This document shows positions 1 to 7,644 of a DNA stretch of 13,451 nt, in pieces (within the stretch, counting starts at the first letter, position 1; each line of letters begins with the position of its first letter). A program made the position numbers and the translations under genes. The notes under the pieces are model-generated. The model was not told where the DNA came from. It saw nothing but the letters and a program-made list of their open reading frames with translations, and did no database searches. This DNA comes from a virus, in IMG/VR virus record IMGVR_UViG_3300045988_086948, positions 1-13,451 of that record. One strand, given 5' to 3'.

Positions 1-240
1 TATATACATGTCCGCCGTACACGGACATTTCCCCCATTTTTGTCCGCACACCACGGACACAACCAACTCCGTCTGTCCGTCATAGACAAACACAAACCGC
101 CAAGTCTGTCCGCGGCGAACGCACACCAAACACAAACATATGTTCGAAGTTTTGGCTCGCTCCCTCCGGTCGCTCGCACTGGTGTTAGTCTTATCTAACT
201 CATAGGCAAAGAGAAAGGGCTATCCGAAGATAACCCTTGT
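1..240. repeat. Left inverted terminal repeat (ITR-L), 240 bp
   Basis: Bases 1..240 are the exact reverse complement of 13212..13451, checked by reading both ends. Identity breaks at 241 (gtacatc) versus the complement of 13211. It is visibly more GC- and C/A-rich than the rest of the window. It starts with TATATA. Confidence 0.97.
205..238 (-). terminator. Intrinsic terminator inside ITR-L, facing the left genome end
   Basis: On the minus strand: AAGGGTTATC-TTCG-GATAGCCCTT hairpin (215..238, 9 bp with one mismatch, UUCG tetraloop) followed by TTCTCTTTGC. It begins 8 nt after the stop of the last minus-arm gene (246). Confidence 0.6.
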
Positions 241-245
241 GTACA

Positions 246-1583
246 TCAAGACTTACTCTGAGGTCTACGCCAATCCGCCTGCACATCTTCTAAGTAAAAA
301 TCAACAAATATTGTCATTGATGTTATTTGAGCCTGAGTCTCATTGTTGGTATTGAACAGCATGACACTACCATCTGCTTTTAGTAAAGCTTTAGCGGAGA
401 ACTGTCCACCAACTGAACCATCACCACCAGACCTGTAAGCAATTGCGTAGTTACTGTTATTCTTAGGTCTAAAACAATAAGGTAATGTAAGAATCTTAGT
501 GTACTGCTGTGTTGCGTCTGGTGCTTTAAATACACCCGCAATTCTTATATGCACAAACCTTGTGCCAAAATCTACAAATGAACCATTCTGATTAATTTCA
601 AATACAGAAGTTACAGGAGATGAAGCACTAGCAATCTGCGCTCCCGGTACTCGTTCAAAATAATCTCCTAACGGTACAGGTGACTGAGTAACCAACACAT
701 TAAGAATATATCTAGCAAGTACCTCTGCATATGCTTCTGTGTAATGTAAATACTCTGTGTTTGTTTCAGTGTAAAAGTCACTTAACAACGTATCTGTAGA
801 CGGTGCAATCACAGGTGCACTAGAGAATAAGTCGACAAATGTCCATCCATTTTCTGTTGCATACTGTGAATAAAGTCTCCAATATGCGGTCTGTGGAATA
901 ACCCACGATGACGGCATACCCCTGTAGTTTTTGTATGTGCTAAACAAATACACATGACATTTAGGGTCTACACTCTGTACCTTAGTTCTGATTTTATCAA
1001 GTGCCGCTCTCATATCCTGTAAACTTGTCTGGTCACGAACATCATTAATACCACACCAGATAATAAGGTTGCTTAAACCTTTAACTGATTCATATTTTTC
1101 AAATTTATCAGCCTGTTCTGCAAGTTTAGCACCTGACACAGCATAGTTATACATATTAACCATAACACCTTTTGTCATAGTAGTGAAGTTTTTAAACCAA
1201 GTGATTCCATTTCTACTGGCTGTTAAACTGTCACCAAGTACAACTAAATTCTGTCCCTGCAATACATTCAGATAACTTACCGCACCATAGGTTGATTCGA
1301 TTATGTTTGTTAATGTTCCATCGTCACGATATTTAGTGAGTTCCTGCTGTGTAGCTTCTGTAACATATTCTGGAATATTGTTAATAGTTGTTGTATACTC
1401 AGTCACAAAATCATCAATTTTTTTGTTCTGTTCTTTCACGTTTTTATTGATATCATTCGTGAACTGAGTCATTTTAGTTTCCAGACTGTTAAAGCTGTCA
1501 ACTAATTCTTTCATTGTCTGGATTAACCAGTCAAGATTGAGTTGATGAAAGTTACTGAATGGAAACTTGTTCCATAATGCCAT
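246..1583 (-). CDS. Tail fibre / appendage protein with central SGNH (GDSL) esterase domain, 445 aa
   Basis: I place the start at ATG 1583 (MALWNKF...), preceded by AAAGGAGG with an 8-nt spacer, rather than at the ORF-track start 1616. The SGNH blocks can be read directly: VVLGDSLTA (block I), YAVSGAKL (II), IWCGINDV (III), EYLHYTE (V-like His). The N-terminus is a predicted coiled coil (FHQLNLDWLIQTMKELV...). The C-terminal ~130 aa look beta-rich. It is the last gene of the tail module, the same position as phi29 gp12. Confidence 0.7.
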   Translation of the reverse strand: MALWNKFPFSNFHQLNLDWLIQTMKELVDSFNSLETKMTQFTNDINKNVKEQNKKIDDFVTEYTTTINNIPEYVTEATQQELTKYRDDGTLTNIIESTYGAVSYLNVLQGQNLVVLGDSLTASRNGITWFKNFTTMTKGVMVNMYNYAVSGAKLAEQADKFEKYESVKGLSNLIIWCGINDVRDQTSLQDMRAALDKIRTKVQSVDPKCHVYLFSTYKNYRGMPSSWVIPQTAYWRLYSQYATENGWTFVDLFSSAPVIAPSTDTLLSDFYTETNTEYLHYTEAYAEVLARYILNVLVTQSPVPLGDYFERVPGAQIASASSPVTSVFEINQNGSFVDFGTRFVHIRIAGVFKAPDATQQYTKILTLPYCFRPKNNSNYAIAYRSGGDGSVGGQFSAKALLKADGSVMLFNTNNETQAQITSMTIFVDFYLEDVQADWRRPQSKS

Positions 1584-1597
1584 AGTATTTACCTCCT

Positions 1598-2263
1598 TTA
1601 ATATACACTTAAACAAAAACGATCTCTGAAATCAAATACCATTTTGTTTAACACGTTGATAGCTGACAGTTCATTGAACTTTTTAGCGGAATCAAGAAAA
1701 CTACCATAATCAGAAGTTACTCTGGTATAATTCCTATTTCTATCATCCGTCCCGTTTTCTGTGTTATCATAACTGGCACTTGTATTTGCATTAACATCGT
1801 CAGTTGTTAAAGAGTGGTCTTTCGGTTTTGAATTAGCTTCGTTAAAACCATATACAGCATTATCGGTAGTAATATTATCATTACTGGTGAATACTGTATT
1901 ATTACTAGAATTTATACTTCTAGTGTTCTTTTTACCCTCTTTGTCTGTAAATGTTTCCTGCTTGGCACTTGTCAGAATGTTTCCTGCTTCAAGTTCTATC
2001 GATTGCTGTGCGTTGTAATATGCTTTCCAGACTTCTTTCTGATTATCAACCCAACTTTTTGCAATCCTCTTAAAATAAGTCGGGTTGGGAAGTGTGACCT
2101 CAAGTTCACCACACTCGTATACCAATAAATCATTAAATCTTTCCAACATTGTAATAGCGGTATCTTGAGTTCTGAATAAACTGATAAAGGTATCGAGAAA
2201 CACATCGTCAATCAGGTCTTCATCCCATCCAAGTAAACCTATGATAGTAATATAAGCACTCAT
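1598..2263 (-). CDS. Lower-collar / tail-adaptor candidate (gp11 position), 221 aa
   Basis: RBS GAAAGGAG sits 6 nt before ATG 2263. It lies directly downstream of the connector gene, as phi29 gene 11 does. The middle third is N/S/T/D-rich low complexity. The function is assigned by synteny only. Confidence 0.35.
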   Translation of the reverse strand: MSAYITIIGLLGWDEDLIDDVFLDTFISLFRTQDTAITMLERFNDLLVYECGELEVTLPNPTYFKRIAKSWVDNQKEVWKAYYNAQQSIELEAGNILTSAKQETFTDKEGKKNTRSINSSNNTVFTSNDNITTDNAVYGFNEANSKPKDHSLTTDDVNANTSASYDNTENGTDDRNRNYTRVTSDYGSFLDSAKKFNELSAINVLNKMVFDFRDRFCLSVY

Positions 2264-2331
2264 ATTACACTCCTTTCAATACTTAGTCAGTTCTGCCCAT
2301 ACGATTATTAGTAACACCAGAAAAAATATTA

Positions 2332-3273
2332 CTACTGGTTTCCACATTTTCGCACTCTCCAATCTACACTTATAGGTGTTGCAAGTCTGTCTGCAAACAT
2401 TTTATTTACCTTGCTACAACATTTTTGCAATTCCTCAAGCCATAACTCACACTTACTGCGCGTTTCAAAATCATTACTTTCTGCTTCTGCTGTGATAAGA
2501 CGTTCTTTTTTGTCTGACCTCACGTTATTAATACCAATTTCATTGCAGAACATTTCTTCCCATCTTCTAAGAGTGTCTTGCAACTCAGGTGCGATGAAGT
2601 TGTCTCTCAAGTTCTGAGCGAATACTGTCCACGGCTCTGTAGTATCGCCCGCCATATTGCGCCTGCGTAAATTATTGCCATAAAATACTGCCGCTTCGCC
2701 TTTCATAATAGAATCCATTATAATTTTCATAGATTCGGCTTGCTGTTTGTTGTCCACTCCGAACATATAAGACAATTTGCTGTTTGCAATGTTAATTTCA
2801 CAGCTTTCTGCTGTAAGAGCCATATTATCTGCATAATACATTACAATATCCATTATACCGCGCCAATCTGGTTGTAGTCTGAAAATCACACAGTCTTTAT
2901 TAATTTTGCGTGTTATTTGACCTTTCAGAACAGGATTTACAATATACGCTTCTGTCGGCTGATAAAAGACGCTGTAACCATATAATCCGCATCCCTGAGG
3001 AATCACACCATAACGGTCATGGTAGAACACACAGATATAGCCCCAACAGTATAATGTGTAGAGGAAATAATTCATATCCCATTCTTCTGGCACTGTCCAC
3101 TTGAATACAGAAATTGCTTTTTGTAACAAATATCTCATAAAGTACTGCGTCAATGCTGAGTTCTGACAATGTAATGTAGATGGAGAATAAGATGAACTAT
3201 ATAAGTTCAACATATCATAGTTCATAGGAATCTGACCCATAGGATGATTCCATATTCCCGGAAAATTAACCAT
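2332..3273 (-). CDS. Portal / upper-collar connector protein (phi29 gp10-like), 313 aa
   Basis: The size matches phi29 gp10 (~309 aa). The segment WEEMFCNEIGINNVRSDKKERLITAEAESNDFETRSK aligns with remembered phi29 gp10 [37 protein letters not shown]. Confidence 0.85.
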   Translation of the reverse strand: MVNFPGIWNHPMGQIPMNYDMLNLYSSSYSPSTLHCQNSALTQYFMRYLLQKAISVFKWTVPEEWDMNYFLYTLYCWGYICVFYHDRYGVIPQGCGLYGYSVFYQPTEAYIVNPVLKGQITRKINKDCVIFRLQPDWRGIMDIVMYYADNMALTAESCEINIANSKLSYMFGVDNKQQAESMKIIMDSIMKGEAAVFYGNNLRRRNMAGDTTEPWTVFAQNLRDNFIAPELQDTLRRWEEMFCNEIGINNVRSDKKERLITAEAESNDFETRSKCELWLEELQKCCSKVNKMFADRLATPISVDWRVRKCGNQ

Positions 3274-3277
3274 ATTA

Positions 3278-3937
3278 TCACCCTTTCAAGAAATATTCAA
3301 GCCATTGCTTCGTATATTCCACTCTCCGTGGCTGTTCTACAACAGCGGGTCTTAGATAGTTAGCCGCAAACGCATAGGTAAGACCCTCAAGGTCATAGTT
3401 TAACTGATTGAACGCCCACTGTCGGAAATCACATGGATATTTTGTGGTCTTATACCACTGTGGTTCAATACCTCTGTGTGCTTCACCCACGCTCTCCTGA
3501 TACTCAGCATAGATTACTCCAAGCTGTTTATTTCCATCATACCAGTCTTCGTGACCACCATATAAAACGTCAAGCACTTTGTAAAGGTCAGTTGCGGGAG
3601 TCCACTGTACAAGCCCGTGTCCTGCTCCTGCTGATGTAGTACCTCCTCCAACTTCAATAAGACCCGGATTCAAAGTACTTTCGCCTTGCATGTTTCCAAG
3701 TAATGCCGCCACACTGTTAACATTCCATCCAAGTTTCTGATAGAAATAGTCCCATATTATAGTAGCGTTACTCTGCATATCGGTAGTAGTAAGATATCCT
3801 GACGCTGTGTCAGTAACTATTGTTTTCCATTCGCCCGCGGGTGTGATAGGTGGAACACCACCGCCCCCACCTTGCTGTTTTCCTAACAAATAGAAGATAA
3901 GAGCCGTTCCTTTACCCTCATTGTAATAACTACGCAT
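3278..3937 (-). CDS. Peptidoglycan hydrolase, phage-tail-lysozyme-like domain, 219 aa
   Basis: I place the start at ATG 3937 (MRSYYNEG...), which overlaps the upstream stop by 8 nt. The ORF-track start 4102 lies inside the tail-knob gene. The motif AALLGNMQGESTLNPGLIE...GHGLVQWT matches the remembered GILGN.q.ES.fnP...G.GlaQWT signature of the phage tail lysozyme family. An N-terminal poly-Gly/Pro linker (QQGGGGGVPPITP) is present. Confidence 0.6.
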   Translation of the reverse strand: MRSYYNEGKGTALIFYLLGKQQGGGGGVPPITPAGEWKTIVTDTASGYLTTTDMQSNATIIWDYFYQKLGWNVNSVAALLGNMQGESTLNPGLIEVGGGTTSAGAGHGLVQWTPATDLYKVLDVLYGGHEDWYDGNKQLGVIYAEYQESVGEAHRGIEPQWYKTTKYPCDFRQWAFNQLNYDLEGLTYAFAANYLRPAVVEQPRRVEYTKQWLEYFLKG

Positions 3938-5333
3938 AATATACCCCACTTTCCAAAAAGTTTTTAACCTCGTCAATTTCACTCTGATATGCTCCGGATA
4001 AAGGAGTACTACCGTTTTCAACTTCATAATAGCCAGTTCCAAGTGTTGAGAATTTGCCATTTTTACAATAAGGTCTTCCGTTATCCGCTCTGTCTTCATC
4101 AACTAACAACATACAGTCAACATAGCAATACACGTAAGAAGTCAATCCGATAGTAGAGCCTTGTCCACCTTTTGTAGAGACTTCTGCCGAACCTACAGCC
4201 ATGGCACTGTCAGCAACTCCTTTTGCAAAGCCGCCAATATCAAGTTTAAATAACGAACCTAGTGCGTTACTTACACCTGACGATACGTTTGAGTAATTGG
4301 TTTTTATATCACTTGTTGAAATAGAAACGCCAATATTGGAGTACATTATTCCAAGCAACTCATTTCCACCACCAGTATTATCAACTGATACGCGGCATAA
4401 CGCATGACCTGTACGTGGGTCTACGTCTGCACTTATTTTGATACTTTCACCATCTCTTATTTTGCCACTATCGACAGTAAGACATCCGAAAGGTGGAATA
4501 TATACTCTGATATATCTATATGGTTGACAATTGAGATAATTACCACGTTCTAACTGCGGATGTGATGTAGGAGTGACAGAAGTTTCTTTTGTTTTCCACA
4601 AATCATCATCCAATTTGTATAATGTTAATCCTGTAACATCCCACCAACCAATAGAAATACCAGACATTTGTGTTCCACCGAGCGTGAATGGAAACCATGT
4701 CACTGACGTAATGTACTGAGCGGGATTGACAGCTATCTGTATAAGATTGTCAGATACTTCAGAGATTCCGTCCCCTATCATCCACTTAATATTACTGAAT
4801 ATTGCATTTGCAAGATTCTTAAAGTTTGCGGGGTTCATGGCATAATAATTACAAAGTCCCTGTTTGTTTACGATACCTACTACATAAGAACCTGCAACGT
4901 CGAATCCCTGTTCAATCTGCCATAAAGGATTGCCAGTCACAGTTTGTCTGTTCACCTGTGGTTTTTTCGGATAGAGAGCGTCAGCAATACCGCCATCAAA
5001 AGAAGTAGAAGACCTAACCACATAATAGTTATAGTCTTTAATGGTTTCTCTATAAGACGCAAGAACGTCAACCTTTAACTGAGCCGTCCACAAATTATCC
5101 TCATTTTTCCAGTCACTCACCCAGTAATATCTGGAAAATGTGCTAATATGACAATAGTTCCACCTTGACGGGTTGAAAGATGAAGAAGAATTCGCAATAG
5201 TGATAACAGGATTTATCACACCTGTCCCCTCTTTAATAGTACACATCTCTGTTCTTGTAACGTCCTTAGTCTCAGGCACAAAAGTAGAATTTTTTCTTTT
5301 TGCCACCCGGAAAAACTCAACGTTAAAACTCAT
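3930..5333 (-). CDS. Tail knob / distal tail protein (phi29 gp9-like), 467 aa
   Basis: RBS GAGGTGA precedes ATG 5333. It follows the capsid gene, as phi29 gene 9 does. It has a Gly/Ala/Ser-rich hydrophobic loop (SSGVSNALGSLFKLDIGGFAKGVADSAMAVGSAEVSTKGGQG), like the gp9 membrane-active loop. The C-terminal pattern LSGAYQSEIDEVKNFLESGVYY resembles gp9 ISGDINNNDLQEIRTIFDNGITLW. Confidence 0.5.
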   Translation of the reverse strand: MSFNVEFFRVAKRKNSTFVPETKDVTRTEMCTIKEGTGVINPVITIANSSSSFNPSRWNYCHISTFSRYYWVSDWKNEDNLWTAQLKVDVLASYRETIKDYNYYVVRSSTSFDGGIADALYPKKPQVNRQTVTGNPLWQIEQGFDVAGSYVVGIVNKQGLCNYYAMNPANFKNLANAIFSNIKWMIGDGISEVSDNLIQIAVNPAQYITSVTWFPFTLGGTQMSGISIGWWDVTGLTLYKLDDDLWKTKETSVTPTSHPQLERGNYLNCQPYRYIRVYIPPFGCLTVDSGKIRDGESIKISADVDPRTGHALCRVSVDNTGGGNELLGIMYSNIGVSISTSDIKTNYSNVSSGVSNALGSLFKLDIGGFAKGVADSAMAVGSAEVSTKGGQGSTIGLTSYVYCYVDCMLLVDEDRADNGRPYCKNGKFSTLGTGYYEVENGSTPLSGAYQSEIDEVKNFLESGVYYA

Positions 5334-5346
5334 ATTATCACCTCGT

Positions 5347-5364
5347 ATGTTTCACGTGAAACAT
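5347..5364. promoter_or_regulatory. Copy 1 of the perfect palindrome ATGTTTCACGTGAAACAT
   Basis: 18-bp perfect palindrome centred on CACGTG. On the minus strand it lies between the post-capsid terminator and the RBS of the tail-knob gene, ending 13 nt before ATG 5333. Confidence 0.7.
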
Positions 5365-5365
5365 T

Positions 5366-5397
5366 ATTAAAAAAGAGCGGGCATAACACCCGCCCTC
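5366..5397 (-). terminator. Intrinsic terminator downstream of the major capsid gene
   Basis: Minus strand: GAGGGCGGG-TGTTAT-GCCCGCTC hairpin (5375..5397, GC-rich with a 2-nt bulge) followed by TTTTTT (5374..5369). It starts 17 nt after the capsid stop codon. Confidence 0.6.
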
Positions 5398-5413
5398 ATA
5401 GGAGAAAGAAAAC

Positions 5414-6610
5414 TTAGTCAAGTAAGAACACAACAGCGTTCTCAGTGAAGTCATTCCAATATCGGTCATTAAAGTGAAACCACACATTTGTATATTCACC
5501 ACGGGCGTTATACGGAGTAGTTGCGGTTCTTGCGCCGTATGTGGTGATTCCAGCAGCTTCTTCATCCATGAGAATGCCAAAAATGTTTGATGTAGCCGTG
5601 AATGTGGAATCTGTTTTAACCATTCCTGTAGTGTCCATATAATTAGCCTTAACCTTAATTCCTGTTGGTGTTTTGATTGACTGCCAAAAATTAACGCCCT
5701 CATAGTCCATCATTTTAAGATACTGTTCATTGAATACGCTAGAAAAAATGGAACTTTCCACATTGTTCATTTCCGGAGTGTACAGGTATAAACGCTGGTT
5801 CTGCAAAGGTGTGTGTCGCATGATACTATGTCCAGTGACATTAACATGATACTGCAAACTTCTTTCCGTCATAAGTCCTGATATAGTTTTAATTCGCGAA
5901 AAAGCCCACTTGTAAAATGGTACAAAATTTTCTGGCTTCTTTACCGTATCGGAGTCTAATGACAATCCAGTAACATCGTTGTATTCTGTGACCAAGTGAA
6001 TGATATTGTCAGGGTCTGCTTTTACTTTTCCACCAATCAAGTTCGCGATAGTGGCTCTTGCTGTGGTTTCGTGGCACTGTTCGATCATGTCCATAGTGTT
6101 CTGGACAAGCATGGTGTAAAATCTTTCAAATTCTTCCTCATTCTGTAACGCAATGTTGAGCTGATCGCGAAAAATAGTATAATGCTTGCTGTATACACAC
6201 TGTCCATAAAAATTTGTCTGTAAGATATCAGGCTTACTCACAATGTCCGCGTCAATACTCTGACCGTCTACCAAGTCATATGATACATTCTGCTCAAAAT
6301 TTTTGTCACCAATATTAATCTTTCTAACATGGTTTCCCCATTTCATGTTGTCAACGTATAGTCCCGCAAATTTTCGATTGTATGGACGTATCGAAAAAAT
6401 AGTTCTTGAAATAACCTGCGACATAGCGTTAAGTAATGCGTCTGGTTCTACACCCAACGCCACCGAAGCGACCGACACGAAAGTATTAGTGTAAGAATCT
6501 GATATGTCAGTTAATCCGGTAGCCTGTCCAATAATGCTTGTAAGAACATTTACCGAACTAAAGTTAGATATCGAAGGCTGTGAATTAGATATATCTGTTA
6601 CTGCTCCCAT
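5414..6610 (-). CDS. Major capsid protein (phi29 gp8-like, HK97 fold), 398 aa
   Basis: RBS GAGAGGAGA precedes ATG 6610. The C-terminal block YNARGEYTNVWFHFNDRYWNDFTENAVVFL aligns with remembered phi29 gp8 [29 protein letters not shown]. It is followed by a terminator, consistent with a highly expressed structural gene. Confidence 0.85.
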   Translation of the reverse strand: MGAVTDISNSQPSISNFSSVNVLTSIIGQATGLTDISDSYTNTFVSVASVALGVEPDALLNAMSQVISRTIFSIRPYNRKFAGLYVDNMKWGNHVRKINIGDKNFEQNVSYDLVDGQSIDADIVSKPDILQTNFYGQCVYSKHYTIFRDQLNIALQNEEEFERFYTMLVQNTMDMIEQCHETTARATIANLIGGKVKADPDNIIHLVTEYNDVTGLSLDSDTVKKPENFVPFYKWAFSRIKTISGLMTERSLQYHVNVTGHSIMRHTPLQNQRLYLYTPEMNNVESSIFSSVFNEQYLKMMDYEGVNFWQSIKTPTGIKVKANYMDTTGMVKTDSTFTATSNIFGILMDEEAAGITTYGARTATTPYNARGEYTNVWFHFNDRYWNDFTENAVVFLLD

Positions 6611-6628
6611 ACTCTATCTCCTCTCTAA

Positions 6629-7117
6629 TTATTTCCTAGTGGGATTAATAATAGCCGCTGTCATCTCGTCAACGGTTAACTGTCGCGGCACTTCTACGCC
6701 CTGACCAATTCCGTTCGCCTGTACAGCTCTGGTTAACGTGTTAATAGCGTCTGTCAGACGGGAGTCGTTCGGCATATGACTGGAAATATTCATCTCTGGT
6801 GCATATGGATTCCCTGCATAATTCCCCTGACTGAATGCCTGATTTAAAAGTTCTGTCTGAGCCTGCGCCGCCTGACCCGGATTCTGTAACTGTCCCTGTA
6901 ACATCTGTGGTGGTGTAACAATCGGTGTATTCATTGCTCCATATGGTACTGGCGGTACTCCCTGTCCTACGACTGGCTGTGGAGTCTGCACTGGTGCTGG
7001 TGCTGGTGCTGGTGCTGGTGCTGGTGCTGGTGCTGGTGGCTGTGTTCCCATAAGCTGTGCAATATCGTTTTTCGTAAAGCCTGCACCTGCGAGTGCGATA
7101 ATATCATCAATAGTCAT
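6629..7117 (-). CDS. Scaffolding-protein candidate, Pro/Gln-rich with a (PA)n tract, 162 aa
   Basis: RBS AAAGGAGAA precedes ATG 7117. It lies immediately upstream of the capsid gene, the phi29 gene 7 position. It is low-complexity and predicted to be disordered or helical. The call rests on position only. Confidence 0.4.
   Translation of the reverse strand: MTIDDIIALAGAGFTKNDIAQLMGTQPPAPAPAPAPAPAPAPVQTPQPVVGQGVPPVPYGAMNTPIVTPPQMLQGQLQNPGQAAQAQTELLNQAFSQGNYAGNPYAPEMNISSHMPNDSRLTDAINTLTRAVQANGIGQGVEVPRQLTVDEMTAAIINPTRK
6991..7038. repeat. Perfect hexanucleotide tandem repeat (CTGGTG)x8
   Basis: Eight uninterrupted copies can be read at 6991..7038. In the minus-strand frame they encode the PAPAPAPAPAPAPA tract of the 162-aa protein. 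Confidence 0.95.
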
Positions 7118-7133
7118 TTCGCATATTCTCCTT

Positions 7134-7436
7134 TCACTTGTTGATTTTAATTAAATAGTCAATGTGAGCAAAACCCACAACAATTTTACCGTCTGCCATT
7201 GTGTACTGACCAAGTACCCACTTGAGGGAACTGTCAGTAAAACCGAACCCGAAGAAAGTACTGCCTTTTGGCATAGAGGTAATAACGTTGCTGTCAAACG
7301 TTGGGGCATCTCTTAACATTAAGTCAAGATTATTTGTGTCAATCTTCATCTCACCGTATAGTTCGGAATGTGGATGAAGTTCAAAACCCTGTTTGATGTC
7401 TGTTGCCTGTGAGATAATTTTTGCGGAAAGGTTCAT
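7134..7436 (-). CDS. Stand-alone bacterial SH3 (SH3b)-like domain protein, 100 aa
   Basis: LDLMLRDAPTFDSNVITSMPKGSTFFGFGFTDSSLKWVLGQYTMADGKIVVGFAHIDYLIK follows the SH3b pattern (L.vR..Ps..s.vi..l.kG........W....Y..GK..GyvH..YL). Its ATG overlaps the holin stop as ATGA (7433..7436). Confidence 0.55.
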   Translation of the reverse strand: MNLSAKIISQATDIKQGFELHPHSELYGEMKIDTNNLDLMLRDAPTFDSNVITSMPKGSTFFGFGFTDSSLKWVLGQYTMADGKIVVGFAHIDYLIKINK

Positions 7437-7630
7437 GTTTCCTCATCCTTTCCCAGTTTATCCAGTAACTTCTGTAAGACAAGAGTGTTGTTGTTCAGTG
7501 CATCCTGCATGTTCTTCATTTCTTCCTTATGGGACTGTGTTTCCTGATACCATAAGTAAAAAGTAACTGCAAGACAAGCTACAGGAACACCTAAGTTACT
7601 GAAAAGCTGTGTGATTGTATTTGCGTCCAT
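7433..7630 (-). CDS. BhlA/UviB-type holin-like membrane protein, 65 aa
   Basis: It has one N-terminal TM segment (NLGVPVACLAVTFYLWY) followed by a charged coiled C-terminus (KEEMKNMQDALNNNTLVLQKLLDKLGKDEET). This is the same layout as remembered BhlA/UviB proteins. RBS GAAAGGAG precedes ATG 7630. Confidence 0.55.
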   Translation of the reverse strand: MDANTITQLFSNLGVPVACLAVTFYLWYQETQSHKEEMKNMQDALNNNTLVLQKLLDKLGKDEET

Positions 7631-7644
7631 ATGCTACTCCTTTC

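Noticed and set aside
3930-4102. 173-nt overlap between the tail-knob ORF and the upstream-extended hydrolase ORF, considered as a programmed frameshift fusion.
   Set aside because: The hydrolase frame is +1 relative to the tail-knob frame. I see no convincing slippery site, only the A5 and T5 runs in GTTAAAAACTTTTTGG. An internal ATG at 3937 with an 8-nt stop/start overlap explains the layout more simply.
5338-5703. 121-aa ORF, together with the other 60-90-aa track ORFs nested in or antisense to large genes: 1996..2211, 2411..2617, 2910..3104, 3433..3639, 4826..5008, 5173..5370, 6303..6494, 6504..6704, 7933..8160, 7982..8173, 9255..9449, 9471..9740, 9844..10071, 11817..12065, 12155..12379, 12500..12709, 12565..12867 and 12658..12840.
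   Set aside because: All lie within recognisable protein genes or cross regulatory DNA. They lack Shine-Dalgarno sites and have low-complexity or odd composition. They are typical shadow ORFs.
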